Positions 35,541-44,137 of a stretch of 54,950 nucleotides of DNA are shown piece by piece (the stretch's first letter is position 1; every line of letters begins with the position of its first letter). The position numbers and the translations under genes were made by a program. The stretch lies in NCBI GenBank assembly GCA_964493885.1, contig CAZBPV010000001.1, positions 1-54,950 of the forward strand, in the 5' to 3' direction. The DNA is from Candidatus Woesearchaeota archaeon (lineage in GTDB: Archaea > Nanobdellota > Nanobdellia > Pacearchaeales > GW2011-AR1). The notes under the pieces are model-generated. The model saw only the letters and a program-made list of their open reading frames with translations. It searched no databases and had not been told where the DNA came from.

Positions 35541-36075
35541 ATGCTTGATTTTATTATTGTAAAAACACTAAATGAATTTGGAAGAGGCACTATTCTTGAC
35601 AGTATAAGTTATCTCATAAGTGCTAAATGGTTTTTATTTATCCTCCTTGCAATTCTGGCATTAATTATTATAAAACTGGATAAAAAATATAAAAAAGTAA
35701 TCATCGCCCTTTTAATTGCAATGGTTTTATATTTCTTCATTGGTGAAATACTCATTAAAGTTGTCAGTCCTTATCTTGGATTGGAAATAACACGTCCTTA
35801 TCTTGCATTTCCAGATGAAATCATTCCTATTGGGCGTTTAAACACAGATTCATCTTTCCCGTCTTCTCATATGTCAAGTACTATTGCAGTTGTAGCGATT
35901 TTGTGCTTTTACTACAGAAAAAAGTGGATATGGATTTCAGGAGCAGTCTTTATTAATGGCTCTTTCACGATTGCATAACGGCATGCACTATCCAACAGAT
36001 ATTCTTGGAGGGATAGTTCTTGGATTGATTTATGGGGTAATAGCAATAATTTTAAGTAAGAAATATTCCAAATGA
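35541..36075 (+). pseudogene. PAP2-family phosphatase interrupted by a +1 frameshift
   Basis: Frame 1 carries SFPSSH and stops at 35976-35978. The next frame continues LMALSRLHNGMHYPTDILGG (SR...H...D motif) to the TGA at 36073-36075. The shift lies near the T-run at 35948-35950. Confidence 0.7.
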
Positions 36076-36600
36076 TTATGGTCTGATAGAGACTATCTGC
36101 ATTAATTTATCAATTCTATCTTCTAAATCTCCAGTATTTACTCCAATTGAATTAAGATCATTTAATAGAAATTTTGCAGGCCAAATATGAGTATTCCAAA
36201 AATATCCCCCTTCTCTAATCTGTTTTATCCTTCGTCCAACATGAATCTTTCTTGCTTGCAATGTTCGTCTTCCTTTTATATGAGGTTCAGCAAGTTTAAC
36301 TGCTTCTTCTAATAAAGCAATTGCTGAATCTGGAACATCTTTCTCAAAATCTTGATTTAACCTTACTACTCTCTGATAATTGTTCCACATTTTTTCAAGA
36401 TAACTTTTTTGTTTTAGAGTTATTTCTTCATCTCTACCTGCTTTTTTTAGGATTGATGTAATTGGTACTCTATATTTAGACAGAAAAGTAGAATATAATG
36501 ACCCTTCAGGATAATTGCCAATTCTTTTGTCATTAAGCATCTGACTAGCTCTATCTAATGTTTCAATGCATTCTGATGCTTTAATTCTAGGGGTATCCAT
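36076..36600 (-). CDS. Hypothetical protein
   Basis: 174-aa ORF. No motif recognised. Confidence 0.4.
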   Translation of the reverse strand: MDTPRIKASECIETLDRASQMLNDKRIGNYPEGSLYSTFLSKYRVPITSILKKAGRDEEITLKQKSYLEKMWNNYQRVVRLNQDFEKDVPDSAIALLEEAVKLAEPHIKGRRTLQARKIHVGRRIKQIREGGYFWNTHIWPAKFLLNDLNSIGVNTGDLEDRIDKLMQIVSIRP

Positions 36601-36611
36601 TATTCTTATTT

Positions 36612-37358
36612 TTATTTCTTTTCAAATCTTTTCATAGCTTCTTTAACAGCTCCTAATTTCTTCATAAATCCTTCATCATTGCCCATATAATCATGCTCTA
36701 AAACAAGATAATTAAACGTCTCAGCAAACTGCTCATTTGAAAAATCAACAGCATCACTTAACTTTGCTTCAGGAGAAATCCAGTAAAAATAAGAATAAAA
36801 TGAAGCATGTCCTCTTACAGGTTTTTTTCCACTTATCTTTCCAAGACTCTTATCAACTTCCCAAAAAACTTTTGCAATCTTTTCTTTTTCTTCTTGTGTT
36901 AATAAACTATAATAAATATGCCCAATTTCATGTATTACTGTTCCTAACATAGGATACTTGGATGGAACACACCATCTTTGATTAATTGATTTTCCACTTT
37001 CTTTTTCAAAATCTTGTTCATGTCTTTTATAATCTTGTAATAAAATTAAATAATTATTCCCAAACTGATTATAATTAAAGTCTTCTGATAAAAATTCCTT
37101 ATTATCCCTGCACAATCCAGGAGATTTTCCTGCTCCGATAATTTCTCTATTTTCTTTAAAAATTATTTTCTGTGCTTGATATCTCACATTTACCTTATCT
37201 ATTGCTTCCTTAATAATCACAAGCTCTTGTTTTGAAAGTCCAGGAGTTTCAGCAGTCAGTCTTCTTTCTAATCTTGCTTCTGGCTTTGCATCAGGAGAAC
37301 AGTTTCCAGTTAAGATTGGCAATCCTATTCCTAATAGCAATGCTGTAAGTGTTTTCAT
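36612..37358 (-). CDS. Secreted/lipoprotein-like putative zinc metallopeptidase
   Basis: Signal-like N-terminus ending ...LTGNC, and HExxH motif VIHEIGHIYY. Confidence 0.5.
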   Translation of the reverse strand: MKTLTALLLGIGLPILTGNCSPDAKPEARLERRLTAETPGLSKQELVIIKEAIDKVNVRYQAQKIIFKENREIIGAGKSPGLCRDNKEFLSEDFNYNQFGNNYLILLQDYKRHEQDFEKESGKSINQRWCVPSKYPMLGTVIHEIGHIYYSLLTQEEKEKIAKVFWEVDKSLGKISGKKPVRGHASFYSYFYWISPEAKLSDAVDFSNEQFAETFNYLVLEHDYMGNDEGFMKKLGAVKEAMKRFEKK

Positions 37359-37391
37359 TTTCTTGATGATTTAATCCGCAGTTTTTTAGAA

Positions 37392-39167
37392 TTATAATAC
37401 AATCTCAAAATCACCAAGCTCTTTTTTTAATAAAGCAAATACTTTTGGATTAATTTGAACATCACCTTTTGTTTTCTGAGCTGCAACTGCTTTTTCAACA
37501 TCATTCATTGTACATTTTTCAACCTTATCTGTTATCTTCTTTATTTCATTTCCAAGTAATAAGAAGCTCATGTTATCTGCATTTAGTAATTCAGCAACTC
37601 CGTCCTTGTATTTTAATCTCATTCTTCCTTTTGTTAATGAAACTAATTCACATCTTTGGGTAAATTCAAGCAATGAATTAACAAGTATTGTTGAGTTCTT
37701 CCTTGCATCATCAATTTTCTTTGAATCCAGTTTTCCTTTTTTAAATTCTTTTCTTGCTTCAATAACCTCTTTAAGTATTTTCAAGTGCTGATTTGTGAAT
37801 TTTCCTTTTTTCACAAAATTCTTTTCAAAATCATTTGTCATTTTTTCTACAGCCAAATCTCCAACAATATTCTTCATTAATTCCATAACATCTGTATAAA
37901 TTTGTTCAATAGTTCTTTCTTCATATCTTTTTTCAATTTGTTTTCTCAACTCTCTCAGTCTTTTCAAGTATTTTTCTAAATCTTTTAGTAATTCATCAAT
38001 TTCTTTCCCTGAAACTTTAAACTTTGGATCATGTTCAAATTCCTTAAATAATTTCACAGCTTTTTCAAGAACAGAAATCTCTGATTTTTTGAGCATTTTT
38101 TCTTTATTTACAAAAATTTCTTCCATTAGTTTTGGAGTTTCCTTATGAGTAGGGGGAGCATGTCCACTAAGCATAATTAATGCTTGGCTTGGATTTAAAG
38201 CTCCGTAATAAACATCAATCATTGCATCTACTAATCTCCTTTCTGCCATCTCAGTTGTCTTGTCTGCACTCTTCATAAACATGTCAATTGATTCTGGTGA
38301 AGGTTTAAGTTTACCCATTTTAAGCAAAGATTTCCAAGGCATGAAAGTTCCTCTATCATAAATTGGAATCCCATCTCGTATGAATGTAAAAATTACAGGG
38401 CTTGCATCTTTAACACTCTCCCAGAAATCAGTAAGAAGATAAGTCTGGATATGAAGAGTATTTTTAACTCCAGCAAAAGCAATAGCTTCAGAAAGATGCT
38501 GTCCTGCAATAATGCTCCTTAATCTTTCTTTTAATTCAAGCCTTGGCATTCTCTTAACATCAGTATCATTAATAATAATAAAAATATCTGCATCACTTGT
38601 CTTTGTTGCATCCCCTCTAATCAAACTTCCCCCAATAACATATGAAACAACATATTTTTCAAATTTTCTTAAGACAAGATTTTTATGTATCTCTGCAAGC
38701 CTCAAAACTCCTAAAAACCCAGTATCATGCAGTGGAAAAGACATTGCAATAGCAGCAGTCAAATCAAATTTGCTGTCTAAACAATTTTCCCAGACATCTA
38801 CTGGACTTTTAATCTGAAGCCAGATTTTTTGCCCCTTGATTTTATCCATTTCTTTAACAATCTCAGGCTTGAACTTTGGAATCTCCTTGTATTTATCTTC
38901 TGGAACAATCATATACAAATGAAGATGTTTTTCTGTTTCTTTTGGAACTTCCTCTTCTTCAATAAAAATAGGAATAGATTGAGGAGGCAAAATACTTATT
39001 GATTGAGTAAAAGGATATTTTTTAAGAATCCAGTTTTTCAATTTATCCAGTTCTTTCTTTGTTTTTTCCATTTCTTTCTGGACTTTTTCATTAACTTGAG
39101 GAACAACTGGCTTTTGAGAAGAATACTTGTCATTTAGGTTCATGCCAGGGATGTTGTCATCTGTCAT
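37392..39167 (-). CDS. Large nucleotidyltransferase-domain protein
   Basis: IGGSLIRGDATKTSDADIFIIINDTD NTase motif. The helical domain is similar to that of 25216-26061. Confidence 0.55.
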   Translation of the reverse strand: MTDDNIPGMNLNDKYSSQKPVVPQVNEKVQKEMEKTKKELDKLKNWILKKYPFTQSISILPPQSIPIFIEEEEVPKETEKHLHLYMIVPEDKYKEIPKFKPEIVKEMDKIKGQKIWLQIKSPVDVWENCLDSKFDLTAAIAMSFPLHDTGFLGVLRLAEIHKNLVLRKFEKYVVSYVIGGSLIRGDATKTSDADIFIIINDTDVKRMPRLELKERLRSIIAGQHLSEAIAFAGVKNTLHIQTYLLTDFWESVKDASPVIFTFIRDGIPIYDRGTFMPWKSLLKMGKLKPSPESIDMFMKSADKTTEMAERRLVDAMIDVYYGALNPSQALIMLSGHAPPTHKETPKLMEEIFVNKEKMLKKSEISVLEKAVKLFKEFEHDPKFKVSGKEIDELLKDLEKYLKRLRELRKQIEKRYEERTIEQIYTDVMELMKNIVGDLAVEKMTNDFEKNFVKKGKFTNQHLKILKEVIEARKEFKKGKLDSKKIDDARKNSTILVNSLLEFTQRCELVSLTKGRMRLKYKDGVAELLNADNMSFLLLGNEIKKITDKVEKCTMNDVEKAVAAQKTKGDVQINPKVFALLKKELGDFEIVL

Positions 39168-39247
39168 AGTGAAAAATAGAGGTTTTTATTTATAAAGGTT
39201 TGCTAACAGATAAACTTAAAAGTATGAAATGCCCTTTAAAATTATAA

Positions 39248-39319
39248 GGTCCATTCGTTCATCGGCTAGGACAATTCGTTTACACCGAATAAAGACAGGT
39301 TCGACTCCTGTATGGACCA
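39248..39319 (+). tRNA. tRNA-Val (anticodon TAC)
   Basis: Hand-folded: acceptor GGTCCAT/ATGGACC; D arm GTTC/GGAC; anticodon stem ATTCG/CGAAT; loop TTTACAC; T arm ACAGG-TTCGACT-CCTGT; discriminator A. Confidence 0.9.
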
Positions 39320-39321
39320 TA

Positions 39322-39329
39322 TTTTTTTT
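39322..39329 (+). terminator. Oligo-T terminator after tRNA-Val
   Basis: A T8 run starts 3 nt after the tRNA 3' end. Confidence 0.5.
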
Positions 39330-39429
39330 CTTAATAATCTTTAAATAACCATGATAATTATTAAATTCAATCAGCCTTGAGCCTAATTTAATAGAAGGGG
39401 TTGATAAGGGAAATCTTAGTTTCCTTTAT

Positions 39430-39534
39430 GCGCTTGTAGTTCAGTGGTAGAATCTCTCGTTGCCATGGCAGGATTTATCATGACATTCTGCTTGCAGAAA
39501 CGAGGTGACTCGGGTTCGAATCCCGACAGGCGCA
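39430..39534 (+). tRNA. tRNA-Gly (anticodon GCC) with a 34-nt intron at the canonical 37/38 position
   Basis: Acceptor GCGCTTG/CAGGCGC; anticodon stem TCTCG/CGAGG; loop TTGCCA[intron 39466-39499]A; T arm TCGGG-TTCGAAT-CCCGA. Confidence 0.85.
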
Positions 39535-39542
39535 TTTTGAAT

Positions 39543-39613
39543 GCGCTATTAGTTTATCGGTAGAATTCGAGATTCCCAATCTCGTGGGCCGGGTTCAATT
39601 CCCGGATGGCGCA
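39543..39613 (+). tRNA. tRNA-Gly (anticodon CCC)
   Basis: Acceptor GCGCTAT/ATGGCGC; anticodon stem CGAGA/TCTCG; loop TTCCCAA; T arm CCGGG-TTCAATT-CCCGG. Confidence 0.9.
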
Positions 39614-39647
39614 TTTCTTAACTTTTATAATTTCTTAACTTTTATAA
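39614..39647 (+). repeat. Perfect tandem duplication of the 17-bp unit TTTCTTAACTTTTATAA (contains a TATA-like box)
   Basis: Units at 39614-39630 and 39631-39647, between tRNA-Gly(CCC) and the tspO-like gene. Confidence 0.85.
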
Positions 39648-39669
39648 ATACCATTTTCTTTAGTTTAAT

Positions 39670-40281
39670 ATGACTAAAAAGAGGGTGAAAAAGAAAAAGA
39701 AATTTTCTAAGAAAAAGGTTTCTCGTAAAAAGAAAAAAAAGCTTTGGGAAACAAAAAAAAGAAGGCTCCCTAAGACTTCAGCAATAAAAGATGCAGAAAA
39801 GATTCTTGAGCTTGAAGACAAGCATCACTGGAAACCATTTATACTCTCAGTTGTAATTGTGTTTGCATTTGCAGCTATTGGAAATCTTTTTACAGCTCCA
39901 GTAGTAAGAAGTGCGTGGTATGAATCAATTAAACCAAGCATTACTCCTCCAAACTGGATTTTCCCAGTTGTCTGGAATATATTATTCTTTTTGATTGCAG
40001 TTTCATTATATCTAGCCTGGATTCATTCTAGAAGAGATGAGAAAAATATTGTTGCAGGAGAATTTGGAATTAATTTATTCTTAAATGTATTCTGGAGTTT
40101 CTTGTTCTTTGGGTTAAAATCTCCTTTGTTTGCATTTATTTGCTTAATTTTCTTGTGGGTTTCAATACTCTCAATGATTTATATAACTGGGAAAATCAAT
40201 AAAAAAGCTTCATATGTTCTTATCCCATACTTGCTTTGGGTTACTTTTGCAGGTGTGCTTAATTTCTTAATATTAATATGA
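39670..40281 (+). CDS. tspO: TspO/MBR family protein with a Lys-rich N-terminal extension
   Basis: WYESIKPSITPPNWIFPVVWNILFFLIAVSLYLAW and five TM segments. The first 40 aa or so are poly-Lys/Arg. Confidence 0.65.
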   Translation: MTKKRVKKKKKFSKKKVSRKKKKKLWETKKRRLPKTSAIKDAEKILELEDKHHWKPFILSVVIVFAFAAIGNLFTAPVVRSAWYESIKPSITPPNWIFPVVWNILFFLIAVSLYLAWIHSRRDEKNIVAGEFGINLFLNVFWSFLFFGLKSPLFAFICLIFLWVSILSMIYITGKINKKASYVLIPYLLWVTFAGVLNFLILI

Positions 40282-41129
40282 TATATCTTCCAGTTATAGG
40301 AGCCCTAGCACTAGCATCTGGTTTTATACTAGAGAGATTAGTATTAAAAAAGAAGCAAATAGACATCAAACTCTATCAAACAGCAAGCTTCTTAGCAATA
40401 GTTCTTGTGATGCTTCCTTTGATTTATTTTTTCTGGAGACTGGATTTACAGGCACTAACTCCAGGCAATTTGTTTATTTTTGCTTTAGTTGTTTTATTTT
40501 CAATTATTGCAAACCTCTTTACTTTTTATTCAATGAAATGGGAAAAAGTTTCTAACTTAGAGCCAGCAAAGGTCCTTGAGCCATTATTTGTTATTATTCT
40601 GGCAATTATATTTAGTTTTTTTACAGTTGGTTTATATGATAGAAATCTTAGCATAATTATCCCAGCAATAATCGCTGCACTAGCCTTGGTGTTTTCACAT
40701 ATTAAAAAACATCATTTAGATTTTAACAAATACTTCCTTGCAGCAATTGCAGGAAGCTTTTTCTTTGGTTTGGAATTAGTTATTTCAAGATTAGTTCTTG
40801 ATTATTATTCGCCTATGACTTTTTATCTTTTTAGATCTCTGGCAGTATTTCTTATTAGTTTAATTATATTCAAACCCCAATTCTCAAAAATAGACAAGCA
40901 AAGTAAATGGTATATTTTAATTACAGGAGCAATCTGGGTTGTTTACAGGACAGTAGTTTATTATGGTTATTTAAATCTCGGAGTTATTTTCACAACCCTA
41001 ATTTTAATGCTAGGTCCTGTGTTTGTTTTTGCATTTGCTAGAATATTTTTAAAAGAAAAGCTTAATTGGAGAAACATTGTAGCTGCATTTGTTATTGTTG
41101 CATGCGTTGTTTATGCTGTGATAGTGTGA
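40278..41129 (+). CDS. EamA/DMT-type transporter
   Basis: About 10 TM helices in two similar halves. ATGA overlap with tspO. Confidence 0.5.
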   Translation: MIYLPVIGALALASGFILERLVLKKKQIDIKLYQTASFLAIVLVMLPLIYFFWRLDLQALTPGNLFIFALVVLFSIIANLFTFYSMKWEKVSNLEPAKVLEPLFVIILAIIFSFFTVGLYDRNLSIIIPAIIAALALVFSHIKKHHLDFNKYFLAAIAGSFFFGLELVISRLVLDYYSPMTFYLFRSLAVFLISLIIFKPQFSKIDKQSKWYILITGAIWVVYRTVVYYGYLNLGVIFTTLILMLGPVFVFAFARIFLKEKLNWRNIVAAFVIVACVVYAVIV

Positions 41130-41158
41130 TTATAATTCATCTAAACAAGGAGAGCATA

Positions 41159-41236
41159 ATGACTATGCTTGCATCTGAAGAAATATTAAAAAAAGAATGG
41201 GACAATGAATTAGACGAGAGGTGGAATAATGTATGA
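41159..41236 (+). CDS. Mini antitoxin-like ORF (25 aa) upstream of mazF
   Basis: MTMLASEEILKKEWDNELDERWNNV, preceded by AGGAGAG. It overlaps the mazF ATG. The LASE..L.K.W....DE.W pattern resembles C-terminal tails of MazE/AbrB-type antitoxins. Confidence 0.4.
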   Translation: MTMLASEEILKKEWDNELDERWNNV

Positions 41237-41555
41237 ACAAATGGAGATTGTATTAATTCCTTTTCCTTATTCTGATTTAAGTCTCTCTAAAAAAAGACCA
41301 GCACTAATTATTTCTAATGAAAAAATAAACAAAATGCAAGATAGAATTTGTTGCCTTATAACAACCAAACCACATAAAGATAATTTAAAAATAGAAAAGA
41401 GTTTTATTAAAGAAGGAAACTTGCCATTTCAGAGTTTTATCAAGCCCCACAGAATATTTACTATTAATGAGAACATAATGATAAAGAAACTTTGCAAGAT
41501 TAATAACAATCTTCATAAATTAGTTATAAAGAAGATTCACGAATACTTGGAATAA
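41229..41555 (+). CDS. mazF: MazF/PemK family toxin (mRNA interferase)
   Basis: IVLIPFPYSDLSLSKKRPALIIS...ICCLITTKP...SFIKPHRIFTIN matches the PemK pattern. Confidence 0.7.
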   Translation: MYEQMEIVLIPFPYSDLSLSKKRPALIISNEKINKMQDRICCLITTKPHKDNLKIEKSFIKEGNLPFQSFIKPHRIFTINENIMIKKLCKINNNLHKLVIKKIHEYLE

Positions 41556-41647
41556 AACGGAAATTCAATAAAATTTCCAGAGGCATTATCTAAAACAAAG
41601 CCTTTCAGGCTTTAATGCGATAAAATATCTGTCTTTTCGCATAAAGT

Positions 41648-41658
41648 CTGTTAGGCGT
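41648..41658 (+). repeat. CTGTTAGGCGT (contains GTTAGGC), inverted partner of 42219-42229
   Basis: Perfect 11-bp inverted repeat bracketing ORF 41683-42123. Confidence 0.8.
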
Positions 41659-41682
41659 AATTGTTCGGTGGCGCTAAAAGAA

Positions 41683-42123
41683 TTATATACTCTTTCTTTC
41701 TAAGTGTGTTTGCAAGATGGCTTCAAGCGCTCTATTTAGATAAGAGAACTCTTGCTCGCCAATTCTTAATCCAATATTACTTGCCTCAGCTTTTAGCCAA
41801 TATAAAAAATATTCACGAGAATCATCAAGTCTTGGACCATCTGGACATGAAAAAACGCCTGGTGCAATATAATGTAATGTTTCTTCAACAAATCCTTCAT
41901 CACTAAGTGTCTGTCCTAAAAGCTTCGGCTTTTCTCCAGTTTTCAAATAATTCGCCCATAATGTTCTAATTAAACCTCCATATTCATCCATGGGCCAAGA
42001 GTTCTCTGCTATTTTACCTTTACCCTTTTCATACACAGAAAGGTGATATTTTCCGCTTGAAGCCATAGAATGTATAGTAATATCATCACGAATTGTTGAT
42101 AATTCTTCTGACATAATATACAA
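41683..42123 (-). CDS. Hypothetical protein (cassette ORF)
   Basis: 146-aa ORF (possibly starting at MSEEL). No motif recognised. Confidence 0.45.
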   Translation of the reverse strand: MYIMSEELSTIRDDITIHSMASSGKYHLSVYEKGKGKIAENSWPMDEYGGLIRTLWANYLKTGEKPKLLGQTLSDEGFVEETLHYIAPGVFSCPDGPRLDDSREYFLYWLKAEASNIGLRIGEQEFSYLNRALEAILQTHLERKSI

Positions 42124-42150
42124 TAATTAGTTAGTTTTTATAAATCTATC

Positions 42151-42243
42151 GCGCCGCCTCGCAACTCAAAATTACTTCGTAATTTTGCCACGTCCTGCGG
42201 ACTTTCGCTTCATTCAGGACGCCTAACAGCGATTAGTTTCAAT
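42151..42243 (+). repeat. Structured intergenic repeat, member b
   Basis: Hairpin AAAATTAC-ttc-GTAATTTT (42168-42186), block CGTCCTGCGGACTTTC (42191-42206), stem GTCCTG/CAGGAC, and tail GCCTAACAGCGATTAGTTTCAAT. Confidence 0.6.
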
Positions 42244-42270
42244 TCCCAAAACAAGCTCCCCTAGATAGTA

Positions 42271-42336
42271 AGATTGTCGCGAGACGATACGATAATTTCT
42301 AACGAAAACTGGGGGCTGACACGGACGACCAACCAG
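42271..42336 (+). repeat. Left arm of nested inverted repeats flanking the HNH segment
   Basis: AGATTGTCGCGAG (42271-42283), GGGGCTGAC (42312-42320), CCAACCAG (42329-42336). Confidence 0.7.
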
Positions 42337-42370
42337 ACAAATTTTTAAGCTTCTGATTCTTGATTTAGAT

Positions 42371-42904
42371 ATGATTAAATTGTTTATCTTGGGTATTGAA
42401 TTTGAGAGTGAGAGTCATTATTACCGAGACGATGGATTTGTTAAGGATATACATAAACATGGTGCAGACATTTATCAAGAATTTGGAGATAATTCCGACA
42501 CATACTATCTTCAATTAGCATTACATGAGCGAGAAATACCTTTAGTTTCTGGCAATACTATGTGTAGAGATAATTCTTATCCCATTAAAATAATTAGCTT
42601 TTATCTACATTCTGATTCTCCCTTGAAAGAGACATTTGTCAGAGGTCATGAAGAAACCCATGCTCTAGAAAAAATGGGTAAACTAGATTTACTTCAAGAA
42701 AAACTTACCAGTCTTGGACTTAATGTAAAGATATTATCCTATTTAGATGTAGAATTAATTGCAGATATTGGGGGTTTGTACGCCGTTATTCTGCATGGAT
42801 TTGATTCTTTATTCATAACAGCCTTTTTAAATAATCATGGCGAAAATGGAAAAATAATTCTGGAGATTTATCGTAAATTTTTAGAATCTAAGGATATACA
42901 ATAA
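42371..42904 (+). CDS. Hypothetical protein with HExxH motif
   Basis: 177 aa. RGHEETHAL is the only recognisable motif. Confidence 0.4.
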   Translation: MIKLFILGIEFESESHYYRDDGFVKDIHKHGADIYQEFGDNSDTYYLQLALHEREIPLVSGNTMCRDNSYPIKIISFYLHSDSPLKETFVRGHEETHALEKMGKLDLLQEKLTSLGLNVKILSYLDVELIADIGGLYAVILHGFDSLFITAFLNNHGENGKIILEIYRKFLESKDIQ

Positions 42905-43005
42905 AGCAGTTCAAAAAATAATCCCAAAAGAACTTGTTATTTGACCTTTAACTACCTCAATTTCTTAAAAGACAAATTTTTAATCTCTTGATTCTTGGTT
43001 TTAAG

Positions 43006-43464
43006 ATGGATAAAGAAAAGCAAAGAGCAAGATACAAAAAGTATTATCAAAAGAACAGGGAAAGAATAAAACTCAAGAAAAAATTATATGGCAGAGAATA
43101 TCGTAAAAAGAATATAGATTTAATGGGCGAAAAGTGGAAAGAATATAAAAAAGAATGGCAAAAAAAGAATAAAGATAAGATAAGAATAAAGAAAAGAATA
43201 TATTCTCAAAAAATAAAAGAAAATTTTTTATTGAAATACAAATTGGGAAAATACTGTTCTTTTTGTGGTTATAATGAACACCCAGAAATATTGCAATTTC
43301 ACCATAAGAATAGGAAAGATAAATCTTTCAGAATTTCTGAATTTAGAAGAACTCCAAATTTATTATTACTAAACGAAGAAATAAACAAATGTATTTTATT
43401 ATGTCCTAATTGTCATTATTTATTTCATTTAAAGGAAAGAAAAAAGGAGATAGATAATGGATAA
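43006..43464 (+). CDS. HNH endonuclease with a Lys/Tyr-rich repeat N-terminus
   Basis: CSFCGY...LQFHHKNRKDKSF...KCILLCPNCH. The ORF track opens at a TTG at 42988; the ATG at 43006 parallels the paralog's MDKEK start. Confidence 0.7.
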   Translation: MDKEKQRARYKKYYQKNRERIKLKKKLYGREYRKKNIDLMGEKWKEYKKEWQKKNKDKIRIKKRIYSQKIKENFLLKYKLGKYCSFCGYNEHPEILQFHHKNRKDKSFRISEFRRTPNLLLLNEEINKCILLCPNCHYLFHLKERKKEIDNG

Positions 43465-43978
43465 GGAAAAAAGTAGAGCAAGAGACAAAGAATATTATCA
43501 TAAAAATTTAGAGAAAATTAGAGCAAGGAAAAGAAAACAAATGAGAGAGTTTAGAAAAAACAATAAAGAAAGAGTAAAAGAACAAAAGAAAAAGTATTAC
43601 CAAAAGAATAAGGATAAAATAAAAGAACAGAGAAAAGTGTATGTTAAAGAATACTATCAAAATAATAAAGAAAAGATTAAAGAATATGGAAAAAAAAGAT
43701 GGAAAGAATATTATCAGAAAACGAAAACAATAAAGAGAGAAAAACTTCTAAAAAAACAAGAGTTTGTATTGAGTTATAAAAAAGATAAATGTTGCGAACT
43801 CTGTGGATATAAGGAATATCCGGAGATATTACAATTTCATCATAAGAATAGGAAAGATAAATCTTTCACTATTGGGAGGAAATATGGAAAAAATCTTAAA
43901 TTAATTAAGGCAGAAATGGATAAATGTATATTATTATGTCCTAATTGTCATTCTTGGTTGCATTTTAATGAAGAGTAA
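43457..43978 (+). CDS. HNH endonuclease (tandem paralog)
   Basis: CELCGY...LQFHHKNRKDKSF...KCILLCPNCH. The N-terminus has repeated YYQKNKEKIKE-type units. Overlaps the upstream paralog by 8 nt. Confidence 0.7.
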   Translation: MDKEKSRARDKEYYHKNLEKIRARKRKQMREFRKNNKERVKEQKKKYYQKNKDKIKEQRKVYVKEYYQNNKEKIKEYGKKRWKEYYQKTKTIKREKLLKKQEFVLSYKKDKCCELCGYKEYPEILQFHHKNRKDKSFTIGRKYGKNLKLIKAEMDKCILLCPNCHSWLHFNEE

Positions 43979-44031
43979 GAAAAATAACTGAAACTAATAA
44001 CTTCGGTTAAACTAAAACTAATCGAGCCTAA

Positions 44032-44072
44032 CCAACCAGTCAGCCCCTCTAACTATATACTCGCGACAATCT
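44032..44072 (+). repeat. Right arm of nested inverted repeats flanking the HNH segment
   Basis: CCAACCAG (44032-44039, direct copy), GTCAGCCCC (44039-44047), CTCGCGACAATCT (44060-44072). GCCTAAC sits at 44026-44032. Confidence 0.7.
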
Positions 44073-44137
44073 CTAATTATAATAAACTGAAGGTTTCCCA
44101 CCTTCCACCCCCAACCACCCTCACTTGTTTTGTGAAC

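Noticed and set aside
42151-42340. Calling the spacers canonical integron attC sites
   Set aside because: RYYYAAC-like tails and exact GCCTAAC/GTTAGGC are present. However, I could not find, within any single spacer, a GTTRRRY partner at 50-140 nt with the R/L box pairing expected of attC, and no intI is in the window. I keep it as a hypothesis to test, not as a feature call.
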